64,000 bases of DNA from Candidatus Humimicrobiia bacterium (GCA_049647085.1 JBARXA010000016.1:310593-374592), one strand, 5' to 3'; counted from the stretch's first letter, positions 1-10,001 are shown. Translations and numbers: made by a program. Notes: generated by a model from the sequence alone, not told the origin.

Positions 1-1
1 T

Positions 2-267
2 ATCAACCAATCTCCAGAACCTGCACAATGGGTAAACTATGAAAGTGAGATATATCTGGAAGTAAGCAAGGGAGTTGAAGTTCCTAATGTAATTGGATTA
101 AAGGAAAATAAAGCTATAAATACACTTGAAGGACAAGGATTTATTGTAGACATCCAATATGGTACTTCTACTGAACCTGTTGACCCATCTGTAGTATATA
201 CACAAGAACCTGATCCATTCACTTATGTAGAATACAACTCAACTGTTATTATATATGTCCAGGAATA
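2..267 (+). CDS. C-terminal fragment of a PASTA-domain protein (Ser/Thr kinase- or PBP-like); 5' end lies outside the window
   Basis: Frame 2 is open from the window start to TAG at 265-267. Translation ...VEVPNVIGLKENKAINTLEGQGFIVDIQYGTSTEPVDPSVVYTQEP... fits the PASTA-domain pattern. Absent from the ORF track because no start codon is in the window. Confidence 0.5.
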
Positions 268-318
268 GGCTTAAAGTATCCTCTTAAGAATTTTAAATGA
301 GATTCTTTGTTTTGAAGT

Positions 319-1245
319 TTATGACCACATGTAGATAAGAAGAGCTATTTGAGTATGAAGTCTATTTTCTGCTTGATCAAAAACAACTGAACTTTCACCA
401 TCAATGACTTCAGAGATAACCTCTTCTCCCCTATGAGCAGGCAGGCAGTGCATGAAAATAGCATCATCTTTAGCAATAGACATTATATTTTGATTTACTT
501 GAAATGGTGAAAAGGCTCTTTCTTTTTCTTCTCTACTCTCTTCCTGACCCATACTTACCCATACATCTGTATATATTACATCGCTATCTAATGCTGCAAT
601 TTTTGGATCATAAGTTATAGTTATTTTGCATTTATTATTATCAGCAACTTCTTTTGCAGCTTCATAAACTTCTGTTTCTGGCTCATAACCGTGAGGACAT
701 GCTATATTTATATCAGCTCCAGACATTACTGCACCAATCATTAAAGAATGACAAACATTATTACCATCTCCCAAATAACCAATTTTCACATTTTTAATTT
801 CTCCCTTCTTCTCCTTTATAGTAAATAGGTCGGCAAGGGCTTGGCACGGATGATACATATCTGTTAGTGCATTTATAACTGGAATAGAAGCATTATTTGC
901 TAATTCTTCGACATCAGAATGAGAGTATGCTCTTATAACGATACCATCCAGATACCTTGAAAGAGTTTTTGCTGTATCAGATATGGTCTCTCCTCTTTTA
1001 AGCTGTAAATCTCTTGAACTAAGATATAATGATTTTCCATTTAACTTACTGATTGCTACCTCAAAAGAAACTCTGGTTCTTGTAGATGGTTTCTCAAAGA
1101 TCATTCCAATATTTTTTCCAGAAAGAATATTCTTATATTGAGAGATATCTTTCTTCTTCACTTTTTCAGTTAAATACAATATTTTACCTAATTCTTCACT
1201 ATCAATATCAAGTAAAGTAAGAAAATCTTTGCCTTTCTTTAACAT
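319..1245 (-). CDS. argF: ornithine carbamoyltransferase
   Basis: 308 aa with STRTR carbamoyl-phosphate motif, HCLPAHRGEE and DVWVSMG motifs. Confidence 0.9.
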   Translation of the reverse strand: MLKKGKDFLTLLDIDSEELGKILYLTEKVKKKDISQYKNILSGKNIGMIFEKPSTRTRVSFEVAISKLNGKSLYLSSRDLQLKRGETISDTAKTLSRYLDGIVIRAYSHSDVEELANNASIPVINALTDMYHPCQALADLFTIKEKKGEIKNVKIGYLGDGNNVCHSLMIGAVMSGADINIACPHGYEPETEVYEAAKEVADNNKCKITITYDPKIAALDSDVIYTDVWVSMGQEESREEKERAFSPFQVNQNIMSIAKDDAIFMHCLPAHRGEEVISEVIDGESSVVFDQAENRLHTQIALLIYMWS

Positions 1246-1267
1246 ATTCTCTCCCTTTAATGATTTT

Positions 1268-3676
1268 TTATTCTCTTATTTTTGCGCCTATTTTTTCTTT
1301 TAAAGCTTTTATAATTCTATTTGTAATTATATTTACCTCTCTATCAGTTAATGAACCTTTTGGATCTCTGAAAGATAGGTTAAATGCCATGCTCTTCTTC
1401 CCTTTTTCTATCTGCTCACCTCTATATATATCAAATAATCTTAATTCCTCAAGTTTTTTCCCACCTTCCTCTTTTACTATATCCGATATTTGAGACCAAT
1501 CAACCTGTTCATCAACTACAATGGCTAAATCAATTACACTTTTAGGATGTTTTATGATCTCTTGAAAGTACATACATCTCTGACTTTCTTCTATCAAAAT
1601 ATTACAATCCAGTTCCATTATATATACAGGCTTATCTAAATGAAAATTATTTTGAACCTCTGGATGAATTTGACCCAGTATTCCTAAATCTTTATTACCA
1701 ATTAATATCTTTGCACTCTTCCCAGGATGAAAGCTTTGATAAGTAAGTGGTAAGAATTTCAAATCCTTAATATAGAGTGATTCGCATATCTTTTCCAATA
1801 ATCCTTTTATTAAATAAAAATCTACTTCTTCAGCTTTTTCTAACCAATGAGATTGTTTTATTAAACCACACGTTGCTACCCCTAAATATAAAGGTTCATC
1901 TGGAAGAAATTGACCTTCTTTTGGACGGAATTTCTTTGCTAACTCAAATATATAAATACTTGTCTCACCCCTAAAAAGATTTATCCTTACAGTATTTAAA
2001 AGACTTGGAATAAGTGTAGTTCTCATTATTGTATGTTCCTTGGTAATTGGATTCTGAAGTTCTATGGCATTTCTCAATTGATCTTTTTCATCTAAACGAA
2101 GTAGATCAAAACTTTTTGGATGGTCAAATGAAAAATTCCAAACTTCATAAAAACCCTGTGATATCATTACACCTTTTAAGTTTCTAACTATGTTTTGCTC
2201 TCTATTTAATCCGCCTTTTTGACTATGTACTGGTAAAATAGCTTGAATATTATCAAAATTATGCATTCTGGCAACTTCCTCTATTAAGTCTATTTCACTT
2301 CTTAAATCAGTTCTAAATGTAGGTATCTGAACTTCTATCACTTTCCTATTAACTTCTTTTAATTTTTTCACCTTTAATTCAAGAGAGTTAAGTATCTCCT
2401 CCATTCTTTCTTGTTTAATATCTATTCCAATAATTTTATTAGCTCTTTCAGGTCTGAGTTTAACAGACCACTGAGAAACTGGATCGGGATAGATATCTAT
2501 TACTCCTTTAATAATATTCCCGTCTGTATAATTATTTATTAATTGAGCACATCTATTTAATGCAAATATTGTTGAATTCGGATCCAGTCCCTTCTCAAAT
2601 CTATTTGAAGCTTCAGTTCTAAGTCTTAACTTTTTGGAAGTTCTCATAATATTAGCTTGATTAAAATTGGCAGATTCTATTAATACTCTTTTAGTTGAAT
2701 AAGTAACTTCAGATTCAAGTCCTCCCATTACTCCAGCAATAGCTATGGGATATTCTTTATCAGCAATTACCAGCATCGATGAATCCAGATTTCTCAAATT
2801 GCCATCTAAATTTAATATCTTTTCTCCTTCTTTAGCTTTTCTAATTACAACCTTTTTCCCACTAATTTTTTCAAAATTGAATATATGTAAAGGTTGACCC
2901 GTTTCCCACATCACAAAATTAGAAATATCAGCTACACAATTTATTGGTCTTATTCCAATTGATTTTAGAAGAACTTGCATCCAGAGAGGTGTCTTCTTCA
3001 TTTTAATATCATCAACTATCTTAGTACTATATCTTGGACAAAGTTTTTTGTCTTCAACTGTAACCTCAACAATATCATCAATTTTTGGTCCTTTTTCTTC
3101 CAAGATAACCTCTGGAATTTTTAACGAACTATTAGAGAATGCAGCAACTTCTCGAGCAATACCAATTACTCCTAAACAATCAGGTCTAATAGGTATTATT
3201 TCCAAATCATAGATATAATCGTTTATCTCTAATATATCTGCTAAATCCTGACCTATTTTAAATGTATTATCTAAAATTAGTATAATGTCTTCTTCCTCGC
3301 CTAAGTCTAATTCTATCGAGGAACATAGCATTCCTTGTGAATTTATACCTTTTACCTCTCTTTTGTTGATATTTTGGTTCTTTATTTTTGAACCTACAAC
3401 TGCAACTGGTACAAGATCTCCTTCCTTTATATTATGCGCTCCACAAACAATGGATAGCTTCTCTTTTCCAATATCTACTTCACATAAAAGTAATTTTTCA
3501 CTATTGGGATGCGGCTTTATTTTTAGAATCTTTCCAACCAATACATTATTAAAAGTCGCTTTACGTAAAGTTACTGTTTCAACTCTTGTTCCTGATACAT
3601 TTAATGCCTCTGAAAGTTTTTGAGGTGATAAATCAAAATCTACATATTTTTTTAACCATTTATAAGGTATCTTCAA
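1268..3676 (-). CDS. pheT: phenylalanine--tRNA ligase beta subunit
   Basis: 802 aa, N-terminus MKIPYKWLKKYVDF typical of PheT; directly downstream of pheS. Confidence 0.93.
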   Translation of the reverse strand: MKIPYKWLKKYVDFDLSPQKLSEALNVSGTRVETVTLRKATFNNVLVGKILKIKPHPNSEKLLLCEVDIGKEKLSIVCGAHNIKEGDLVPVAVVGSKIKNQNINKREVKGINSQGMLCSSIELDLGEEEDIILILDNTFKIGQDLADILEINDYIYDLEIIPIRPDCLGVIGIAREVAAFSNSSLKIPEVILEEKGPKIDDIVEVTVEDKKLCPRYSTKIVDDIKMKKTPLWMQVLLKSIGIRPINCVADISNFVMWETGQPLHIFNFEKISGKKVVIRKAKEGEKILNLDGNLRNLDSSMLVIADKEYPIAIAGVMGGLESEVTYSTKRVLIESANFNQANIMRTSKKLRLRTEASNRFEKGLDPNSTIFALNRCAQLINNYTDGNIIKGVIDIYPDPVSQWSVKLRPERANKIIGIDIKQERMEEILNSLELKVKKLKEVNRKVIEVQIPTFRTDLRSEIDLIEEVARMHNFDNIQAILPVHSQKGGLNREQNIVRNLKGVMISQGFYEVWNFSFDHPKSFDLLRLDEKDQLRNAIELQNPITKEHTIMRTTLIPSLLNTVRINLFRGETSIYIFELAKKFRPKEGQFLPDEPLYLGVATCGLIKQSHWLEKAEEVDFYLIKGLLEKICESLYIKDLKFLPLTYQSFHPGKSAKILIGNKDLGILGQIHPEVQNNFHLDKPVYIMELDCNILIEESQRCMYFQEIIKHPKSVIDLAIVVDEQVDWSQISDIVKEEGGKKLEELRLFDIYRGEQIEKGKKSMAFNLSFRDPKGSLTDREVNIITNRIIKALKEKIGAKIRE

Positions 3677-3727
3677 TTCAAACTCCCATTTTATATTTAA
3701 TTAACTTTTAAACATTTATATTTATTA

Positions 3728-4768
3728 TTAAAATTGCTTTAAAAATCTTAGGTCATTTTCAAAAAATAGTCTCATATCACTTATTTTATATTTAAGCATA
3801 GCAATTCTTTCCACACCCATTCCAAATGCAAACCCGGTATATTCTTCTGAATCAATCCCTACATTCTCTAAAACATATGGATGAACCATTCCTGATCCTA
3901 AGATCTCAATCCATCCAGTTTTTTTACAAACTGAACAACCTTTTCCCATACATTCTTGACACTGTACTAACACTTCAGCACTCGGTTCCGTATAGGGAAA
4001 ATAGCTTGGAAGTAATCTTACCTTTGTACCTTCACCAAATACTTTTTCAGCAAAAACTTCTAAAGTTGCTTTTAAATGAGCCATTGAAATACCTCTGTCA
4101 ACCACAAGTCCTTCAATTTGTGTAAACATTGAAGAGTGAGTTGGATCTATATTATCTCTTCTATACACCCTACCAGGTGAAATAATATATATTGGTGGTT
4201 CATTTCTTTCCATAAATCTTATCTGAACAGGCGATGTATGAGTTCTTAGCGGCATCTTGTCTGTGATAAAAAGTGTATCCTGTAAAGTCCTTGCTGGATG
4301 ATCTGGTGGTATATTTAATGCTTTAAAATTATAATAATCCGACTCGACTTCTGGACCCTCTGCTACTTCATAACCCATTCCAATAAAAATGTCGATTATT
4401 TCATTAGTTGTTTTAGTTATCAAATGAAGTTTTCCTAATTGTAATTGCCTTCCAGGAAGAGTTATATCTATTTCTTCTTTAAGAATCTTTTCCACTACTT
4501 TTTTCTTTAAATTATTTTTTTTCTCGTTAATAATTTCTTCTATCCTTTTACTTGCTTCATTTGCTTTTTTCCCAACCAATGGTCTTTTATTTTTAGGCAT
4601 AGAACTGAGTGATCTTAAAATGTATGTTATTTTACCCTTTCTTCCTAAATATTGATAATATATTTTCTCAAGTTCATCAATGGTTGATGCTTTATCTGTT
4701 TCAACTAAACTATCTTTTAAGTATTTCTCTATATCCTCTATATAACTATCATCACCTTTTTTAATCAT
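3728..4768 (-). CDS. pheS: phenylalanine--tRNA ligase alpha subunit
   Basis: 346 aa class II aaRS core (FPYTEPSAEV, GFAFGMGVERIAML); RBS TAGGGGG upstream of the ATG. Confidence 0.93.
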   Translation of the reverse strand: MIKKGDDSYIEDIEKYLKDSLVETDKASTIDELEKIYYQYLGRKGKITYILRSLSSMPKNKRPLVGKKANEASKRIEEIINEKKNNLKKKVVEKILKEEIDITLPGRQLQLGKLHLITKTTNEIIDIFIGMGYEVAEGPEVESDYYNFKALNIPPDHPARTLQDTLFITDKMPLRTHTSPVQIRFMERNEPPIYIISPGRVYRRDNIDPTHSSMFTQIEGLVVDRGISMAHLKATLEVFAEKVFGEGTKVRLLPSYFPYTEPSAEVLVQCQECMGKGCSVCKKTGWIEILGSGMVHPYVLENVGIDSEEYTGFAFGMGVERIAMLKYKISDMRLFFENDLRFLKQF

Positions 4769-4880
4769 AAACTACCCCCTAAATCTTTAAATCTATATCC
4801 CTTTGCAATCTTTAATATTTTTTTCTATTTATGTTTAAGTATACCTCTTTTTACTCTGACCATTTATTTTATTTATTATT

Positions 4881-4908
4881 AAAAAACCCCTCGCCTTAGG
4901 ACGAAGGG
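4881..4908 (-). terminator. intrinsic terminator after rplT (possibly the terminator arm of a T-box-like attenuator for pheST)
   Basis: Minus-strand RNA CCCUUCGUCCUAAGGCGAGGGG forms a ~9-bp stem including G-U pairs, followed by UUUUUU. Confidence 0.6.
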
Positions 4909-4914
4909 TATTTC

Positions 4915-4934
4915 TCCATGGTACCACCTAAGTT
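4915..4934 (-). promoter_or_regulatory. T-box-like motif (AACUUAGGUGGUACCAUGG) immediately 5' of the terminator
   Basis: Resembles the T-box consensus AAUUAGGGUGGUACCGCG; the UGGU bulge matches a tRNA-Phe discriminator A. No Stem I or specifier loop identified. Confidence 0.3.
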
Positions 4935-4980
4935 GGTTTTTGAATAACCCACTCAGTGCTAAGTACTTAACTGTAAAAAA

Positions 4981-5340
4981 TTATGCTGAAATTTTTTCCT
5001 TTGCAATATCTACAAGTTTAGAAAAAGCTTTTGGGTCATTTACTGCAATCTCAGACAAAACCTTTCTATTTATATCTATTTCAGCAAGTCTAAGACCATT
5101 TATAAATCTTGAATAACTCAACCCATGTTCTCTAACAGCTGCATTAATTCTCATTATCCATAATCTTCTAAAATCCCTTTTTCTTCTTTTTCTATCCCGA
5201 TAAGCATATTTCATAGATCTTAAAACTTGAGTCTTCGCTACCCTATAATTCTTACTTTTTGAACCTCTATATCCCTTTGCAAGTTTCAGTATCTTTTTTT
5301 TCTTCTTATGTTTAAGTACACCTCTTTTTACTCTAGTCAT
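4981..5340 (-). CDS. rplT: 50S ribosomal protein L20
   Basis: MTRVKRGV... start with GGAG RBS 5 nt upstream; the ORF-track start at 5370 is 10 codons too long. Confidence 0.93.
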   Translation of the reverse strand: MTRVKRGVLKHKKKKKILKLAKGYRGSKSKNYRVAKTQVLRSMKYAYRDRKRRKRDFRRLWIMRINAAVREHGLSYSRFINGLRLAEIDINRKVLSEIAVNDPKAFSKLVDIAKEKISA

Positions 5341-5366
5341 ATTAGCTCCATTAAATATATAAAAAA

Positions 5367-5561
5367 TCAAATACCTAATTTTTGTCTTGTTACTTTAGCG
5401 TCACACTTTTTTAGGGTTTTTTCTGTTTTTAAACGCCTTTTTCTTACAGATGACTTTTTCATCAACTTTTTACTCATTGTTGGACTTTTATGCACAATTT
5501 TTCCACTACCACTAATTTTAAATCTCTTTGCTGATCCCTTGTGAGTCTTCATCTTTGGCAA
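5367..5561 (-). CDS. rpmI: 50S ribosomal protein L35
   Basis: 64 aa, [15 protein letters not shown] matches the L35 N-terminus. Confidence 0.9.
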   Translation of the reverse strand: MPKMKTHKGSAKRFKISGSGKIVHKSPTMSKKLMKKSSVRKRRLKTEKTLKKCDAKVTRQKLGI

Positions 5562-6093
5562 TTTCTTTCTCTCCTTTACTTTTTTTTCTGGTGGGGGCTA
5601 ATAACATTACCATATTCTTTCTATCTATAGCTGGAGAAGATTCTATCTCCCCTAATTCTTCAACTTCAAGAGCCACTCTATTTAATAATTCCCAACCTAT
5701 ATCAGTATGAGCTAACTCTCTTCCCCTAAATATCACACTTATCTTTACTTTAGCCCCTTTATTCAAAAATCTTTTAACATGTTTTATCTTTGTTTTTAAG
5801 TCGTGATCATTAATTTTAGGTTTTAACTTGATCTCTTTAATCACTATCTGTGTCTGTTTCTTCTTAGCCTTCTTCTTCATCAAATCCTGTTTGTATTTAT
5901 ACTTTCCAAAATCCATTATTTTACAAACTGGTGGTTTTGCATCTGATGCTACTTCTATTAAATCTAAGTCCATCTTATATGCTTGTTCTAAGGCTTGTTT
6001 TAATGAAACGATTCCCATCTGCTCTTTATCTGGTCCTATTAACCTAACAACATCAGCCCTTATTTCATCATTTATTTTTGGGAGCTTTATAAT
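5518..6093 (-). CDS. infC: translation initiation factor IF-3, probable AUU start
   Basis: The conserved IF-3 N-terminal segment (KINDEIRADVVRLIGPDKEQ) lies upstream of the track ATG, in frame, with no ATG/GTG/TTG before the upstream stop. ATT at 6091-6093 sits 6 nt after a GGAGGT Shine-Dalgarno. The C-terminal part matches IF-3 (PPVCKIMDFGKYKY). Confidence 0.85.
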   Translation of the reverse strand: MIKLPKINDEIRADVVRLIGPDKEQMGIVSLKQALEQAYKMDLDLIEVASDAKPPVCKIMDFGKYKYKQDLMKKKAKKKQTQIVIKEIKLKPKINDHDLKTKIKHVKRFLNKGAKVKISVIFRGRELAHTDIGWELLNRVALEVEELGEIESSPAIDRKNMVMLLAPTRKKSKGEKEIAKDEDSQGISKEI

Positions 6094-6202
6094 GTCTTTA
6101 CCTCCATAATTTACGAATTTAATTATTTAAGTTTTAGTACTAATTACGATTAGTAATTTTTATTCCTTCTGAACTTTTTTTGTTTTTACCTTTATCCTTT
6201 TT

Positions 6203-6236
6203 AATTTTAATATTAAAAATGGCGGCAGAAGCCGCC
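6203..6236 (-). terminator. intrinsic terminator downstream of thrS
   Basis: Hairpin GGCGGC-AGAA-GCCGCC (6221-6236) followed on the minus strand by AUUUUUAAUAUU. Confidence 0.6.
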
Positions 6237-6387
6237 CTTTAACTTAACTACCAAACTAATAACAACTATGCATTGTTTGGTGAGAAGATTTTTAGCTCCT
6301 GCTTAACAAATATAAAATTGTAGGTATTATACATATATTCTTTATTTTTGTCTACTAAAAAAAAATTAATTTGCTTTTACTACTTAT

Positions 6388-8382
6388 TTAATCATCTTTA
6401 TGACATACTTTACTTTTTGTAGATCTGTTTTTTAGTTCTAAGTCAATTTCTTTTAGGAATTTCTCAATTGGGATTGGTCCTAAGTCTAATTCTGATCTAC
6501 ATCTTACCGCCACACAATTTGTGCTAACCTCTTTATCTCCAATAACCAACATATATGGAATTTTCGTAACCTGTGCATCTCTAATTTTTTTGCTAACAGT
6601 TTCCATCCTGTCATCTAAATCAACTCTTACACCTATTTTTTGTAAATAATCCATTACTTTTAAAGAAAAGTTTTTATGTTCATCAGTAATTGGAATTAAT
6701 ATAACTTGAACAGGTGCAAGCCAGACTGGAAAAGCTCCCTTATAGTGTTCAACTAATATACCAAAAAATCTCTCAATGCTTCCTAATATAGTTCGATGAA
6801 TCATAACTGGGCGATGTTTTGCGTTATCCTCTCCAGTATAATGTAGATCAAAAGCTTCAGGCATGGCAAAATCAAGCTGAATAGTTCCACACTGCCAGGA
6901 TCTTCCTAATTTATCAAATATGTGAAAATCTATCTTTGGACCATAGAACGCACCTTCACCAGGATTTATTGTATATTCAACACCTTTATGGTCTAATGCA
7001 TCCTTTAGTGCTGATTCTGCTCTTTCCCATATATCCAAAGAACCCATATAATCATCTGGGCGAGTTGAAAGCTCTATTTTATATTCCTTAAATCCAAATT
7101 TATCATAAATATAAATTACAAAATCTATTGTCTCTATTAATTGCTGTTCAATTTGAGAAGGTAAACAGAAAATGTGAGCATCATCCTGAGTAAAACCTCT
7201 TACTCTAAACAGACCGTGAAGAACTCCTGACAATTCATATCTATGAACGATCCCCAACTCAGCCCATTTTAAAGGCATATCTTTGTATGAACGGGGTTTA
7301 GTTCTGTAAATTAATACACCTCCTGGACAATTCATTGGCTTTACAGCAAATTCTCTACCACTTTTCTCTAAAAAATACATAAGTTCTTTGTAATGATCCC
7401 AGTGACCAGACATCTGCCAAAGATTTTTATCTAAAAGTATTGGAGTTCCTACTTGCTCATATCCCCTTTTTAAAAGTTCTTCTTTCAGGAAATCTAATAT
7501 ACTGTTTATAATAATCATTCCTTTGGGATGAAAAAATGGAAAACCGGGTCCTTCTTTATGAAAACTGTATAAATCAAGTTCTTTACCTAATTTTCTATGG
7601 TCTATCTTTTTTGCTTCCTCTATTTTTTGTAAATGTTTTTCCAATTCTTCTTGAGTAGTAAATGCAGTTCCATATATTCTCTGAAGCATAGGATTCCTTT
7701 CGTCACCTCTCCAATACGCTCCAGCTATACTTAACAGCTTAAAAACCTTTACCTTTCCCGTTGATGGTAGATGTGGTCCCCTACAGAGGTCTATAAAATC
7801 ACCCTGTTCATATAAACTTACAATATCTTCCTTAATATCATCTATTAAATGCTGTTTATAAGTTTCACTGGAAAAAATTTTTTTTGCTTCTTCCTTGTTG
7901 ACTTCTTTTCTTATTATTGAGATATCTTTTTTCACAATCTCCTCCATTCTTTTTTCAATTTTTTCTAAATCTTCAGGTATAAAAGGTTTTTGAGGATCAA
8001 AATCATAGTAGAAACCATTTTTTATTGTTGGACCTATAGCTATTTTAACTCCAGGAAAAAGTTCATATACTGCATTCGCCATAACATGAGCTGTAGTATG
8101 TCTTAAAATGTTTAATCCATCCTCATCTTTATATGTAACTGGTTTTAAGACTGCATTTTCTGTTATTATGTGAGATAAATCCAATAATTTATCATTTATC
8201 CTTATAGCTACAACTTCATCGATGTTTGGTATATCAAATGACTCTAAAACCTCAATTGCACCCACATTCTTATGAAATTTTTTAACATTGTCTGGAGAAA
8301 TTTTTATTTCTATTAACTCATCATTTTTACATTTATCTGAATTATTGTTTGCTTTCATCTTCTTATATCCCCTCATAACCAA
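6388..8382 (-). CDS. thrS: threonine--tRNA ligase
   Basis: 664 aa with TGS, editing and class II core domains. The track start at 8382 is a TTG; the ATG at 8356-8358 preceded by AGGGGA is the more likely start. Confidence 0.93.
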   Translation of the reverse strand: MVMRGYKKMKANNNSDKCKNDELIEIKISPDNVKKFHKNVGAIEVLESFDIPNIDEVVAIRINDKLLDLSHIITENAVLKPVTYKDEDGLNILRHTTAHVMANAVYELFPGVKIAIGPTIKNGFYYDFDPQKPFIPEDLEKIEKRMEEIVKKDISIIRKEVNKEEAKKIFSSETYKQHLIDDIKEDIVSLYEQGDFIDLCRGPHLPSTGKVKVFKLLSIAGAYWRGDERNPMLQRIYGTAFTTQEELEKHLQKIEEAKKIDHRKLGKELDLYSFHKEGPGFPFFHPKGMIIINSILDFLKEELLKRGYEQVGTPILLDKNLWQMSGHWDHYKELMYFLEKSGREFAVKPMNCPGGVLIYRTKPRSYKDMPLKWAELGIVHRYELSGVLHGLFRVRGFTQDDAHIFCLPSQIEQQLIETIDFVIYIYDKFGFKEYKIELSTRPDDYMGSLDIWERAESALKDALDHKGVEYTINPGEGAFYGPKIDFHIFDKLGRSWQCGTIQLDFAMPEAFDLHYTGEDNAKHRPVMIHRTILGSIERFFGILVEHYKGAFPVWLAPVQVILIPITDEHKNFSLKVMDYLQKIGVRVDLDDRMETVSKKIRDAQVTKIPYMLVIGDKEVSTNCVAVRCRSELDLGPIPIEKFLKEIDLELKNRSTKSKVCHKDD

Positions 8383-8818
8383 TATTTAAATATTATTTAT
8401 TTGAACTATTTAAGAGATGTGTTTGCAACTCTTAATCTTTTTAAAAATATTCGTACATTGAAAACTAAAAATGATTAACAAGTTTTACTTTTTGTTTTAT
8501 TTAGAAGTTTGTTTATATGTTTTGTTTATAAATAATACCAAATTAGATGAATTATAAACAAGTTAAATTAACACTTTGTTTATTGTTCTTTATTTTTTCA
8601 ACCTAGCCTTAGCTTCACTAAGAGTAAGTTTTATCTTATCCCCGTTAAGAGGAAGGAAAGGAAATTTAAAATCAATAATTCACCAAAAGAAGGTGAAAAT
8701 TTTAATTAACAATCTATTATAATATACTCGGATTTTTTTATATTATAATGTATTAAGTTATTACTAAAAAAATTATTAAATACTAATTAACTAGATTAAA
8801 AAATATTGTGAAACTAAA

Positions 8819-9964
8819 TTGGAAAATAATTATTATGTTTTAGGTATAGATGAGGCAGGATATGGACCAGATATTGGTCCACTTGTTGTAACATCTTCAC
8901 TTTTTAGACTTAGTGAAAAATATCATTCAGAGAAATTTTGGGAGACTCTTTCTGAAATAGTCTCAAAAAAAACAAAAGAATTTCCAGAAAAAGTAATAGT
9001 TTCAGATAGTAAAGATATATTTAAAAATCATCCAAAAAATTATTTAATAGGTGAAACTACTACTTTGTGTTCTTACTGTCTCTTATATCCTGTGCCACTT
9101 AATTTTCAAGAATTCCTACAAAATATATTCTTAGATAACTTAGATTTATTTCAAAAAAGATGCAAAACTTTTAGCAAATACACATATAGAATGTGTTGGG
9201 GTAATAATGATTTTTTTTCTGAAGATCCTTTAAATTCTAAAAATTTAAATCCAAAACCCTATATTAATGATTTATTCCCAAAACTAAAAAAAGTTATAAA
9301 AAGTTCAGGAATTGATTTAATAGATATAAAAAGTATAGTTTTATGTCCACATTTATATAATAAATCAATTACTAAAAAAAGGAAGCTTTTTTTAAATTAC
9401 TTACAATTTGAGAGATTAATAGAAAATGCTTTAAAAAGGATTTTGATAAAAAATATTTCAGTTAAAGATAAAGAAGAGACAGAAAAGTTAGAAAAAAAAT
9501 ATAAAAAAGAAACTATAAATTTTAAAAAGAATGAGCAAAAGAATAATTTAAATTCAATTTTTGTAATTGCTGATAAGCTTGGATCAAAAAAATATTATAT
9601 TAATTATCTTAAAAGTGGATTGCTTGGAAATTTCAAAATAAAAATTTTGGAACAAAACAGAAATATATCTTCTTATGAGCTATCAAATAGTTTGGCAGTA
9701 AGAATATCATTTATAAAGGAAGGTGACAAAACCCACTTCCCCATTGCTTTATCTTCTGTTTTTTCAAAATACATTCGAGAGAGGTTTATTAAAAATATAA
9801 ATGAATTCTTTGCAACAAAAATTCAAAATTTAAAACCAACAAAGGGGTATGCATATAAAATAGAAAAATTTATTGAAGTTACAAATGATGTAAGAAAAAA
9901 ATATGATATTGCTACAAATTGTTTTTTAAGAAAAAGGGATAGTCTCTTGCGCTTATTTGATTAA
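8819..9964 (+). CDS. RNase HII-like protein with a large internal Lys/Asn-rich insertion
   Basis: N-terminal VLGIDEAGYGP and VSDSKDIF match RNase HII catalytic motifs; IFVIADKLGSK and GDKTHFPIALSSVFSK match the later motifs. About 180 aa of low-complexity sequence separates them. TTG start in the ORF track, no clear RBS. Confidence 0.45.
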   Translation: MENNYYVLGIDEAGYGPDIGPLVVTSSLFRLSEKYHSEKFWETLSEIVSKKTKEFPEKVIVSDSKDIFKNHPKNYLIGETTTLCSYCLLYPVPLNFQEFLQNIFLDNLDLFQKRCKTFSKYTYRMCWGNNDFFSEDPLNSKNLNPKPYINDLFPKLKKVIKSSGIDLIDIKSIVLCPHLYNKSITKKRKLFLNYLQFERLIENALKRILIKNISVKDKEETEKLEKKYKKETINFKKNEQKNNLNSIFVIADKLGSKKYYINYLKSGLLGNFKIKILEQNRNISSYELSNSLAVRISFIKEGDKTHFPIALSSVFSKYIRERFIKNINEFFATKIQNLKPTKGYAYKIEKFIEVTNDVRKKYDIATNCFLRKRDSLLRLFD

Positions 9965-10001
9965 TTAGATTCTTCCACTCCACTTAGATTGACAATCTGA
10001 T

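Noticed and set aside
37-222. 61-aa minus-strand ORF at the window start
   Set aside because: Antisense to the open PASTA-domain frame that runs off the window edge; no RBS; the plus-strand reading has a recognisable domain.
8383-8818. Possible T-box leader upstream of thrS
   Set aside because: I looked for the GGUGGUACC-type T-box core on the minus strand of this 436-nt spacer and found none; the region is featureless AT-rich sequence.
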